Below are positions 1-12,800 of a stretch of 33,590 nucleotides of DNA, piece by piece. The DNA is from Bipalium vagum (taxonomy: Eukaryota): assembly GCA_037834085.1 (NCBI GenBank), contig JBBMKC010225000.1, positions 1 to 33,590 of the forward strand, given 5' to 3'. The position numbers and the translations under genes are program-made. Below the pieces are notes generated by a model that saw nothing but the letters and a program-made list of their open reading frames with translations, did not search any database and was not told the DNA's origin. Positions within the stretch are counted from its first letter, which is position 1. Each line of letters opens with the position of its first letter.

Positions 1-20
1 ATAATCACAAAAAGTTTTTG

Positions 21-617
21 TCACGAATTTGATGCTGTTGGTGTTTTTGGAGCTTTGTTTGGTCGTAGTCTCCACATTTCTCCCGTGTCTTCAAGACTTT
101 TGTCCCCAAAAGAAGGTTGAGGCATGTGTAGAACGACATGCTCACCTTTGGGACCTTTTGCGATAAGTGCCACTACCTGAAATGTTTTATTTTGTGGTGA
201 TACTAATTTTGTAGGAATTGTATGATTGAGTGTGATTTGTGCTTCGTGTCTAATTTTCTTGCCTTTAAATTTAGTAATAGAAGCATCTACATCGATGGGT
301 TGAGTTATGGGTAGTGCTCGAAAAGCTTGTAATTTATTTGCTTGGCTGATATCATCTGTGATTTCGGTTTGTGAGGGAAAAACCAATTCTTTTGCTCGTC
401 GTACTAAACTCGGAACACGCATACGTTTCCGGCTCGTTTTCGGTACGGGCGAAATCAGTGGTGCAGGTATTTTGATTGGCAATGGAATAGCATCAAGAGG
501 TATTTCAACGGATTGAGGTTCAAGTGGAGGGGGTGCTGGTAAATCAAAAGGACCAGTGTCCATATCTTCGATAGTTAAAATGCAATCCTCGTATTCGGAT
601 GCATCAAAAGATGTCAT
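21..617 (-). CDS. 198-aa Pro-rich ORF of unknown function (frame is open to about 686); possibly a retroelement ORF1/gag remnant or a terminal exon
   Basis: About 660 nt without a stop in AT-rich DNA, with higher GC than its flank. The upstream in-frame SRECP resembles a zinc-knuckle tail. No recognised domain. Confidence 0.4.
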   Translation of the reverse strand: MTSFDASEYEDCILTIEDMDTGPFDLPAPPPLEPQSVEIPLDAIPLPIKIPAPLISPVPKTSRKRMRVPSLVRRAKELVFPSQTEITDDISQANKLQAFRALPITQPIDVDASITKFKGKKIRHEAQITLNHTIPTKLVSPQNKTFQVVALIAKGPKGEHVVLHMPQPSFGDKSLEDTGEMWRLRPNKAPKTPTASNS

Positions 618-1543
618 TGAAACTAAATCAGGATCAGTAGTTGGAGGGTTTTCTGTTAGCGTAGATGCATGAGGGCATTCTCTTGATCATTTTAAATAAT
701 AAAAACATGGATGTGAATAAAAATTCATTTGATCAATTTTAGTTGGGACAATATTTATGTTTTATTTTTTTAAAAAAATAAATGAGTGAAATAAATAATA
801 GGAAAATATTTAAATAATAATAAATAAATAATAATAAATAAATAATTTTATTTAAAATACATAAAAATTTATATTTAGTTGAAATTTATATTATTTTAGA
901 AAATATAGAAGTTTACTTTAAGATATTTATGATTATTTAGAAATTGAATATTATATTTTTCCATGATAAGATTGATTGGATAAGTTTATTGTTTAATTTT
1001 AAAAATGGATTCAAATGAAAGTGTTAATTATACTAAAAATTGAGGATTTAAAAAAATTAATTACTGGAAAAAATTTAATTTGAATCTAATCAGTTAAATC
1101 AATAGAAAGTAGAGAGAGGAACACAACAAGATTTAACAATTTTTAATAAATCCGTTACTGATAAATTAAATGAAAATCATCAAATAGAGAAAATTAATTA
1201 AAAAGAAAAAATCAATGAAAAAATTGATGATGATGCCTAATTTAAATGCCCATGTTGATAAATGAATCACAAAGCAATCATTAATATTAAATGTCCAAGA
1301 AAATCGAAAACGGTCAATGATATCAAGTTAAAACTTGAAAATAAATCGCAAAATAACGAAAAATATTAAATTTAATTGTTTAACTAAATTACTAAAATAA
1401 AAAAGAAATTTGAGTAAAATCAAAATTGTGCCTGTGTCTGTATGTAACTAGGTGTGTTCAGTATTGTCTGACTTGGTCGAAAGTTTACTCATCATTCATT
1501 AGTGGTTTACTTTATAGAAGAAAAACAACAGGAATATACTTAC

Positions 1544-1610
1544 TTGATAGTAGATATTATCGATCTCAACAATGACTCATCGCCGTTTGTTCTGGGATTA
1601 AGAAATATGT
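1544..1610 (-). CDS. Candidate internal exon of an antisense gene
   Basis: caattttag| acceptor, AA|GTAAGTAT donor, exactly one open frame (phase 1 to 2): (D)IFLNPRTNGDESLLRSIISTI. Confidence 0.3.
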
Positions 1611-2061
1611 CTAAAATTGATGGAAATATTGAAAATTTAGTTCTTATCACATCGATTTGAATGCTGTTTAACTAAATTTAACTTAAAGAAATCTCACAGA
1701 ATTATAATTGACCTGTTTGTATGCAAGACCAATCTAAAAACCTCAATATATTGTCTTTGTTCTTGAAAATAATAAACACTATGTGTCTGTATAATATTCA
1801 ATCCTCAGAGATTTTAGCAATGAAAAGTTTCCATAAATCAAATAATCAATATTTGGATTCATTTTTTTAAAAAAATTTTATTTTATCAAAATGATTATAT
1901 TATATAAAAATAATATTGCGATTTTTATTTTGGTATGGTAATGTTAATATGATAATAATATTGATAATAATAAAAAAAAATAACAACAAATGGAAAATTG
2001 ATAAACTATAATTACCACTTTTCCAAATAAAAAAAATTATTTAATTTTTATTGAGGATTTT

Positions 2062-2647
2062 TGTAGGCATGATTAAGATAATCCATTTAAGAATCACTCA
2101 GCTCAAGCGAACAAGTTTGGGCCGAGCTGAAATATGAAAGCTCCCGGGTAGTCATTATCCTAATTGAAAGAGGGATCGGATGAGCCACGCAGAGATAGAG
2201 AGCTTGTGAACTTTGTATTGAGAGCAACCGCATAGTAAATTATTCAGCTCAGGTGAATAAGGACTGGTTGAGCTGGATAATTGAAATCTCCGGGTTTCTG
2301 CGTGGGCAAAGCCAGAAGAAGATATTTTTGTTGTGATTAGTGATTGGCTGATGGAGGAAAATCGGAGAGTATATAAATAACTATACCAGATTCTCCACAG
2401 TTAGAACAAAATTAAAGTTAAACCGAGAACAAAACCGAGAGTAGAAACGAACGAAAAACAAAACAAGAACAAAAATTAGAGTTAAACAAGTAGAAAAAAA
2501 AGAAAAAGTAGACGACGAAAAGAAAAATCAAACGAAGAATTGAATTGAACATTATTCTTGTTAATTGATTTTTGTAATGAATAAATTGATCTCTATTACG
2601 ATATTCTTTTTTCGAACGGATCATTATTTTGCAACTTGGAGTCAGGA
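2062..2647 (+). mobile_element. LTR-like segment with degenerate PBS (truncated LTR retrotransposon)
   Basis: TG(TAGG) start at 2062, ATTGG 2343, TATATAAATA 2370, AATAAA 2580, ...TTGCA end at about 2633, then TGGAGTCAGGA resembling a tRNA-Leu PBS (TGGTGTCAGGA); GC-richer than flanks. Confidence 0.55.
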
Positions 2648-3264
2648 AAGTTGGTTAATATTTTTTTGATTATTAGCAAATGTATCATTGAATATTCGCT
2701 TTGAACGTAAGGTAAATTGTGCAAATATGAAACAGAAGTTGTTTGGGTCAAATTTTGCTCACCTTTGTATTGTGTTGTTCTAAAATGTCAATATTACAAA
2801 ATTATTTAAGTAACTTATATTACTGTTCATTATAATTTGAAAATTTTATAATTTTGTGATTACTTAATGAAAACAACACAACTTTAAAACTAATCGATAA
2901 AATTTTGCAATTTTATATAACTCAATGTGATCTATAAGATAAAAATAAAATGTCACGAGTGGGAATCTTTTGTCAGACCTATTATAAAATTTTATAATTA
3001 TTATAAATTAATCAGAACCCATAAAAAACCAAACATTTTCTGGAACATAAAATTATTAAATATTATTAATTTTCTGTAATGATTGTTAGTCTTCATCTTA
3101 AAAATAAGTTTTTAGTTAGATATAATGTAGACAGAAATTATCATTTCTCAATTTTAATAAAGCCAATTCACATAAAGACTTTGTTATAATGAACCAATTG
3201 AATGTATAATAAATTTATCTTTTCAAATTAAAAATGTATTTGCCAGATTTATTTTTCTTATAAA

Positions 3265-3812
3265 ATGGGAAATTGTGTCGAAAAATTGGGGAATGAAAAG
3301 CTTAAAGATAATAAATATTTATCTAATCAGAAAGAAAATATTGATAATACCGACTATAAGTTTTCAAATGAAAATCCCAATCAAACTCAATCATATCCGT
3401 CAACTCCGCACATGACCAAACCGCCTATAAGTTCCAGTAGTTCTGTTCCAATTGAAAAAAAATATTCAATAAGTAGTTTTGCCAATTCTAATCTATCTAA
3501 ACTAACAAATTCTCAAGATGGTTCTCATATGTCAGTAAAAATATCAGAATCGTGTACCGGTTTCACGAATAACTCTGGTGAAAACATTTTACCCCGTCTA
3601 TCTGATTGTACAGATCGCAACTGGAATATAAGATCAGATTCACCAAGCAGGCACAGTCAGACGTCATCGTTGTTTACGACCTCTACCAACTATGAATCTA
3701 AAACCGACATTCACCGTAACAGATTTCTCATAGCCATTTTCGATTATAAGGCGCGGACAATCGATGAAATAAATCTTAAGAAAGGCGACAGGGTGGTCTT
3801 GCTGGAATCTAA
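3265..3812 (+). CDS. Src exon 1: SH4 (MGNC), long Ser-rich unique region, N-half of SH3
   Basis: AAAATGG start context; open frame to the AA|gtatta donor at 3813. Confidence 0.9.
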
Positions 3813-6800
3813 GTATTATAATGATATTAATGACTTTGAACAAAACCTGATTTTAAGTGATCCAGATTGGTGGATAGTCGAGCAACGGTCTACGGGCAAT
3901 AAGGGCTACGTGCCTTCTTCGTTTTTGGCTGTGGAATACTCATTCGAATCTCAGGAGTCTGTCATTTTTATTTGATTTTTTATTCGTAACAAATTGCCTT
4001 CGATATTATCTATTAAAAATCTTTCAATTAATAAAAATTCATTAATCGATTAACAATATTGTATTTTAGTAATGATATTTTTTCCCTTTCATTTAATATT
4101 GAGCGAAAAATTGATTATTCTCAAACATAGAAAAAGTTTAATTATCACATTTTTATTATTTTCTTTTAATTCCAATAGTTGATTGGGCATTGCTGATATT
4201 GCTAAATCAATAAAACTTGTTTTTTTTAATACAAGAAATCGATAAATAATATTTTATTTTTATAAACCATATATTAAAACAATCGAAAATGTTAACAAAG
4301 CAATTTTAGCGCCATAATTGATTTGGTTTGCGGCATTGGCTGTAATCCTATTTATCTTTTTCAGTTCAAAGGTAAAAACATTTTTTTTCACTTATACAGA
4401 AAGTGAAGCGTTTGATTTTAATTAAATTGAGATTAAATGGCAATTGAATTTCCAAAAAAAGATATTATCATTGATATTATCATTGAAACAAAATGAACAT
4501 TTAAACACTCAGTTTGTTTAAATCAGCTAAAATAAAAGGCATAAAATTGCTACAGTTGTGATGAAATCGTTATTTTTTTGTTGTTGTTTTAAACGTGTAC
4601 TGCCTATGGTCGATTATTACTGTTATTGTGGATAATAATTTCTAGTTGGGAACTTCAATTTTCTTTATGTGGCTAATTTTCTTTCTCGTCTTTACCTGTT
4701 TCATTTCCGGAAAAGATGGATTGTTTTATGTGGTACCACTTATAATTGACAAATGTGTGATACTTTGGTCTCAGCGGACTGTGGTGGATTTTGAAAATGA
4801 AATCTTTTAAATATTTTATTAAATGTATAATATTACAAGCCGGTCTTAAAAATAACATTCTGTCGACTGTACGTAATATTGTCGATGTTGTTGAATATTA
4901 TTATTTATTATTAATCTTAATAATAATAATCGATTATATATTATTATTATTAATTTTTAATGAATTATTGAAAAATTATAATTACTTTGTTAATGTTCGA
5001 GAACTGTCAATGTGTTCCAGATGATTATTATTTAATTATCATTTTTTCCAAAGTTTATCTATTTATATTTTATATTTTTGTCCCAATTATTTCCATGTCC
5101 CGATTGAGTTGAAAATGTTGTAAAAATTGCAAACGGTTTTTTTTACGAGAATAAACATGAGAAAACAAAGAAGAGCTAAAAATAGAAACTTTGGAAAACC
5201 ATGGAATTTCTTTATTCTCTGTTCCGCTGACCTATGACATCATGGCCTGTGTTCTCAGTCAAAACGCTGACATCATCATTATTCAGTGGGCCGAAAGTGT
5301 AACTGTGCACCGTGCCGCAGTGACACCGGCCGACCTTTGTCTTTATCGTCATTTTCATCACATCCTTAGCCGACATTTTTTATTTGTAGCCATTTTCGTC
5401 AGGTCAATAAATCCATAATCATTACGCGACAATATTACTGTATTGATTTTAATTATTATTATTATTATTATTATTTCGCTTATATGAAAATATGGGAACA
5501 AGTTTTGGTGATTACATTTTGACAATGACTGAAATGCGATCTCCTTCATCCTGCCGATGGGCAAAAAGGGTTCCACAGCAGCACGGTGATCGTGAGTCTC
5601 CAAAAATTTGAGAATCGTTTTATGTAATACTTAATAAATGATGTACAAAAAGGGATATTATTGAAATCGGTTGTCAAAAACTCCACATCCATCAATGGAA
5701 AATATTTATGTTTCCAATAATAAAATTATCGCATTCTCTCAATCTCTACAGAGAATTAATTCTCCACAGATCTGAAAATTGTTTTGTTTTTTTTTATTTA
5801 CAAAGTATCGTTTCAGTTTCGGAATTATTTATGATCAGTAAACGAAATTGTATGGTACATTCTTTTCATTTATTTTTTGTTTCCACAAATATTGATTTTT
5901 TATCCGATTATCAGTGGTAATATTTTAATAACAACTATTTTTAGATGGTACTTCCCATTCATTTCCAGAAAAGATGCTGAACGGTTATTGATTCAGCCAG
6001 GAAATCCTCGGGGCTGTTTCCTGATTCGAGCAAGCGAAACGTCTCCAGGTAAGCTATTCGTCTGTGTTGATTATTTTTTCTGGAAAATATTTTTTGTTGT
6101 TGATAATGATATCATACGGTAACCGATCCGGTATCGATTGTCATTCATGTTGACAGTATCTTGAATGCAGTCGCATTAGATCACAAACAAGGCATAATTA
6201 GATCTGCAGAATCTGTTTTTACACGCATGCACACAGACAACGCACACTCACACGCCCAGACATGGTGACAAACCAGCGAATCCATCGTCGGCATGGTTCT
6301 ATTTATAAATATAATCGGTCAATGTGAGCGTGTGTGTGTTGTTTTGTTGGCTTGTTCTCGTTATGCCGGTCATACATCATGTTGAATGTCGATAACAGAA
6401 ATAGAAACCAATCTGTGACGGTGTGTGCGGCTGTCAGACTTTTCGTGTGGGCGTTGACAAGCACACAATCTACTGGAATCGCTCGCTCTGGTTCCCCGGT
6501 AGCAGCACAGCAAGCAATGTGAAAAAATAAACATTATACATTTATTGAAACAGTTGGTTTGCCCCGCGATTCCCAATTTCAACATCAAACACTGCAGGCG
6601 ACACAACGATTAAATGTGTTTTTATACTTAATAATAATAGTAATAATAATAATAATTATTATCTATAATGATCGATAGCACTAAACAAAAATATCGATAA
6701 TGCCAATTAATTTTCACTGCCACACATTTCTATCACGATGCCGACCAATCCGAAACACAACGCTATACAGGCACAAACACCGAGAAATTTTGATGCCTGT

Positions 6801-9800
6801 ATCTTCATTCTCAAAATAAATTCTGTTTTGACAAATGAGATCATCATTGAGCACTTAGCATGACCGGTCTGGTCATTGTATCATCATGGTAATATTAATT
6901 ATTTTCCTCCATTATAGTCCTTCACAATAAGCCTTACACTTACCTCACCTCTAGAGACAGTCATCGCCGCCGCCATTCCAATTTGGAATTGTAATGGTCG
7001 ACTTGTTTGTATACATATCAATACACATGTACAAAAAAATGCACACACGCACACCAGCAACATTCTATTAAATGACTCAAGAAAAAAATTGGTAAGAGTA
7101 AAAGACTGTTGCTTTGTTATTGGCTGTCGGTGTTTGTGTTGTATGTGTGTGTTGTGTGTAACAGTTGCAATGCTGGCTGTCTCAACTCTGACAAATGTAG
7201 GATTATTATTTATCGATTGCTGTTGGTACTGTCTACCAAACAATGTTTTCCCATGATTCCTCGATGCTGCCTCGGGTGCTGCTGCTTCTGCTGCTGTCAT
7301 TGTCGTCGTAGTCTTTGACGTCGTTTTCGTTGTGGTTGTGGTTGTTGTTTTTGATTTGTCATAGCCTTAATTATTTCCCTAGACGATGCCGGGCTACTTG
7401 TTTTGTTATTGTGCTCTTTGAAGATATAATGTGTTGTATTTTTAGATCGCGATTATTATTATGCTGCTCATTTATTTCCCCAATTTTAATTATGTTTCCA
7501 TTGAGATATGTAATTGGTATGTGTAACTGAACGATAATTGGTAATTTCTGGCCAAAAGGGATCATACTGCCATGGAACCAGTGAGCTGGAAAATTCTAGC
7601 TTTATTAAGCAATTATAATTTCAAGCATCGTCGTTGTGGTGATGTGTGATTCTGGTTTGTTTGTTTGTTTTTTGTAGAACTTGTGTTCTGAAAACAAATT
7701 CATTCATCACTTATAAGTGATTTTTGAAAAGGTTTATGTAACGTTTTCAAAAATTATTGATCCATGTTCTGAAATAGCACTTGATCGAATAGTGGAGCTC
7801 TGTACATCGTTTTGGAATTCAAATAAGAAATTGTGGCATTGTCTCGTTTCGACAGTTCACATTTTGTCGTAAATTAATTTAAATTTAATAAAATAATAAA
7901 GTTATAAATATTTTAAAAATGGGAATTTAATTCCAATAAATCGATACGTCTCGTAATTTGAGTCAAATATTATGTTATAAATATTTTTAATTATTTGTTA
8001 ATTAAATTAATTAATTGATTTAATTTTTTGACTTATTCAGATGCCATAATTAATCTATAATTTTTTTAATTTTAAAAATTCAAATTCGTTTTTCTATGTG
8101 GGATTTTCTATTTTTGACTCAACTTATAAAAGTAAAAAGTACTTAAAAGTAATTAAAATATTTATTATTATAAAATTTCCTATTTGATTATTTTGAAATA
8201 ATAGGATAATTATTGATTTTATGCTTTTCACAGCACTTATGATAATTAAATCAATTTAAGAACTTTTAATAAAAAATCAATTAATTTTAATTATTAATTA
8301 ATTAATGAAGTATTGTCTAGCGTGATTAGACATTTTTTTCACACAGCTTTGATAAGACAAAATAGTTGATAATTGTTCAATAAACCATGTTTATTTTTGG
8401 GATTTGTTTTACTGCAATTGAAACAATGGAGATGGTATTGTAAAATTCAAACGAGATATTTATAGAATGGAATTTTAGAAATTAATTACTTAAAATAAAA
8501 TATTTCTCTCGCCGGAGATTCGTAATTGAAAATTAATTGAAATATAATTTCTCAAACAAGATCCCACTTTTCCATTAGAAAAGCGGGAATTAAAAAATTT
8601 ACCTGTGGAATTATTAAAAAAAGCGATTACATTCAAAACTGAGGTCGCTCATGAAAATCGACGACAAAAGTAACAGAATAGAATGTTTTCCATCAGTTTT
8701 TAATTTCAAATCTTATTGATTTTGTGTTATTTTAATAAAATTATTGAGTTGAAAATTGGTTTAACGGTCGCATTTATATGTTTCATTTTCTGAAAATCTG
8801 AAACTTTGGAGTAAGAAATAACGCTGTGCACGTTGTGCGAATTTGAATATGGAATCGTTCCTCACTCTAATTACTTCCCGGACTTCTCACGTACTGACTA
8901 TCATTTTATCAAGCTAAATTTTCTTTTGGGAAAAAAATATAGAAAATCGATTTCGCTGCCTGTAAAACATAGTAAAAATTTTTAATCAATGAGAATAAAC
9001 TTTTGAAAAATCGATTATTCTTTCTCGAATTAATTAAAAATTGTCACTGATGAATCCTGTCAGCTTAAAACTAAAGGTAGAAAAGCTCAATATCTGTTGC
9101 ACCAAACTACTGCTAGAAACAATTTATGATTGGCCTCTAGATTTCATTAAGAGCTTGTAATGTTTTGAAAAGTCTTTGGTAACTGTTTATAGTGACATTT
9201 TGTTAAAAGTATCATCAACAGTTTCGTAATTCCACAGTAAACCAGTAAGATCGAATCAGTTTCTGTTTCACATCCTTTTCAGCCACAGTCATATCCGTAA
9301 ATAAGAAACACCAATTTTTGGACAGAGTGACCTGTTCACGATAGACTTTATAAGGAACAGTTACACAAGTAAAATAGGTGTACAAACCAAGGGAGTGCTA
9401 TAAATTACGGAATAAAAGTTTCTACATATTACGCCACAAATTTGTAATATTTTGTGAAGAAGTCCAATATGATAATCAATATTATAAAGTGCTTCGGAAG
9501 TTTTTTTTTTACCAATTTTGGGGGATCTTTTACAATAATTATAATTTTTATATGGTAAACCAGAAGAACTAATGGTACAAATGTTAAAGCAACGTTCTTT
9601 CAGGAGCTCAGTGTTTATCGGTGCTGGACTATCTCGATAACAGCGGATACATTGTCAACCATTACAAAATAAAGAAGACGAACCAAGGGCATGCATATAT
9701 TACAACGAAGAAGATATTTCCCAGCCTGGCACAGTTGATCTTGTTTTATTCCAATGGGCCGAGTGGTCTATGTTGCGCTTTATCACACCCCTGCTCGAAG

Positions 9801-12800
9801 CCCAAGCCTGTAATAAGTGATCTTTCATACAAAACCAAGGACAAGTGGGAAATTGACAGGTCCTCTTTACAGCTCAGCGATCTTTTGGGAGCTGGTCAAT
9901 TTGGTGAAGTATGGAAAGGTGACATATTTTGAAAAAGAAATAATAAATTATTATTATTATTATTTTGACTAGGACTGTGGAATGGAACCACCCCTGTTGC
10001 AATTAAAACGTTGAAACCTGGTTCAATGTCCAAGGAAGACTTTTTGAAGGAAGCAAAACTAATGAAAAGTCTTTGTCATGTCAACTTGGTTCGCTTGTAC
10101 GCAATATGTTCTGACGAGCCGATCTATATTGTAACCGAGCTTATGTCAAAAGGTAGCTTACTGAATTATCTCCGATCGGAAATTGGACAAGCTATGATTT
10201 TCAAGCAGCTGGCGGACTTCATCTCTCAGGTGATACTTTTGCAGCTTTCTCTTTTTTGTGAACAATTAAGCGAAGTTTATGTTATGGGGAATCAATCGTT
10301 ATCTGGTTTAAATATCACCAATTTTCACAAAAATCTGATGTACGGATACCAAACATGCTTCTTTAGACTCACCTAATGATGCTGAAGTGTACCTCTATGG
10401 ACAATAAGGATCCAGTTATGGATGTTTTGCTAATAACAATATATGTTCTCGAAAGTGATCTCTAGCCACAATTATTGAACTATTTCAAACTTCAATGATG
10501 CTTCACTGAAATTTGATCATTGTCTTGTAAAATATCGCTCTTTTAAGTCTCTTTCCCTTTTTGTGCTAAAGAGTTTTTCTCTGGATACGTGTTCTATCCC
10601 GGTATTAGTTTAGAGGTCACCGAAATCAAATTTTTTTAGTTATAATAGTTCCCATACACAAAATTCTTATGTCCAGTGTTTCGTTACGTGGAACTTATCT
10701 AACCAGGTATAATATTTCGGTCTCTACGAATCCAGATTGTCTAACCCCCAACCAAATAATACCTGATCAAGGGTTTTTAAATCTGGATCACCAACTTTCT
10801 TTGATTGACATATTATTAATTAATTTTTTTATTGAAATATTTCCGAGTGCCGATTATTAAAAGAAAAGTGCCATTGAGTTCACCAATATGATGAGAGAAC
10901 AGTTCGTGTCTCCAATATTGTCAACGTCTCCATTAAGGAGAAAATTACTTCTTTAATGTTTATTTATTTTTATTGATGAGATAAGGAAGAAGCTATGGCA
11001 GTGGTAAACCAGTATTTTGTGGAGGCCTTCCTGAATCGCACTTAGGTGTGTTAAATTGTTATGAGACTTTGTTCAATAATAAAATCAATTTCAATAAAAA
11101 TAAACGTTATTTCATTCACACAACCTCTGATTTTGAGTGTCCAGAAATATACAATCTAAGATAACATTGACGCTCACAATATGAAATCGAAAAAAGAGGG
11201 TTTTCCTTGAGCTTTATCTAAAAGTTTTAATTGGAATGTCGAAAATGATCTTCATTTTCTCTCTGTAACACTTTCTTTTTTTATACCAGAAATGTTCTTT
11301 TTCACTTATTTCTTCATTTTAATTCAACCATAAACACTCAAGTGGCTTTTCGTTACTCGGGGATGGTCATCAGGATTGGAAACCATTTGTACAAAAATAA
11401 AATTACAAAGTCTGAACGGAAGAACCAATCAACAGCTCGGATTTTGCCAAAAAAGATTTTTTCCGAATGAAACTTGTTTGGAACCTTACTTTACTGAGCA
11501 TTTTCATAAAAATCCATCGCCAAATAAACTTTTCTTCACAAATGCCCATCACAATAGGTCATCAATTAACTTCACTTGTCAACAGCTTCAGATCCTCAGC
11601 TTATTGAATGGAAGATTCTGGGAATGTAAATTAATTTCCGACATTTTAACATTTTTTAAAAGTACACCAAATTTAAATTCTGCTGCCATTTATATAAGTT
11701 GATTTATTTAAACAAAAATATTAATCGGGGTGTTTCTCTGAGATTTTGGGATTCATTGACATGTGAAGACCTCTTCTGTTTTTATGTTTCATTCAGTCCG
11801 AACAAATTTAACTCAGAGAAGATGTGTAATAATAATTTGGTGATTAAAAATAAAAAAAGTTTTCACAAAAAATCCGAGCGTGTTCTTTATTATTATAATT
11901 ATATTATTGAGCCAATTAAATTAATAATCTCTGTCCTTTATTATTTATTCTCTTTTTTTAATGTTTTTTATACTTTATCAATTAATAATGAGAGGATGAA
12001 AATTGTTTGTGTAAAAATCTATTAGAATTTTTAAAAATTTTCATATTTAAAAAAAAATGAAAAAATACAGGAAAATTATTGTCCTCATAAAACGAGATTC
12101 ATCAAGATATCATCGAGATTCGGAAATGTATCTGAGACGTTATCAAAATTTAATGAATACAGTACGGGGTTGTTTTATCTTGGCCACATTCTCTCTGAGA
12201 CGATGATAATTTCAGTCGAGCCCTTGGAGAATTATCATTTTTATATTGATAGTTTTCCTTATTATTTATTTCTTATTATCATTATTTTAATTTTTTGTAA
12301 TATTTTTAATAAATTAATTAGCGCTATCACAAATCCGAAATATTCATACAAATTTAATCAAACCATGGCAATATTACAAAAATTAATATTAAATTTTAAA
12401 ATAAATATTATGATCAATAATTTTAAATACATTATTGATAATTGAATTTTCAATAATTAAGATCTGAATTATTATAATATTAATAAAGTCACAACATTAT
12501 AATATAAATATGATTTTAAAATTAAAAATTTCCATGATCTGATTAGCCCTTTAAGCCTATTTTAATATTTATTTTTTATTATAATAATAAAATAATTAAT
12601 TTTTATGATTATTGTTGTATTTTCCGTTTTCTTCTAAACCCTAAACCAATTCACAAAGCCACATTCAGCGTATAAACCAAAATAAGGTCTCCAAATCTTC
12701 GGGTTTGACGGAATGCTCCTAAAAATGTAGTCAAATTTAAAAAAACGGAACTTAAGAAGTTCCATATATCAGGCCATGCTATCACCAACATCAATGTTCC

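Noticed and set aside
1240-1300. KCPC..NHKA....KCP zinc-knuckle-like remnant on +
   Set aside because: Interrupted by stops and too decayed to call beyond a possible LINE ORF1 relic.
1536-1546. ATACTTACTTG resembling the U1 snRNA 5' end
   Set aside because: Downstream sequence lacks U1 stems; better explained as a minus-strand GTAAGT donor.
6836-6858. TGAGATCA start resembling mature bantam miRNA
   Set aside because: No convincing complementary arm for a pre-miRNA hairpin, and the 3' half is unlike bantam.
7109-7318. Cys-rich + strand ORF (metallothionein-like appearance)
   Set aside because: Non-ATG start; Cys arises from TG/TGC simple repeats antisense to the 6899-7300 ORF.
10230-10376. 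Read-through of Src exon 5 ORF into the intron
   Set aside because: Kinase similarity stops at the CAG|gtgata donor and resumes at 17503.
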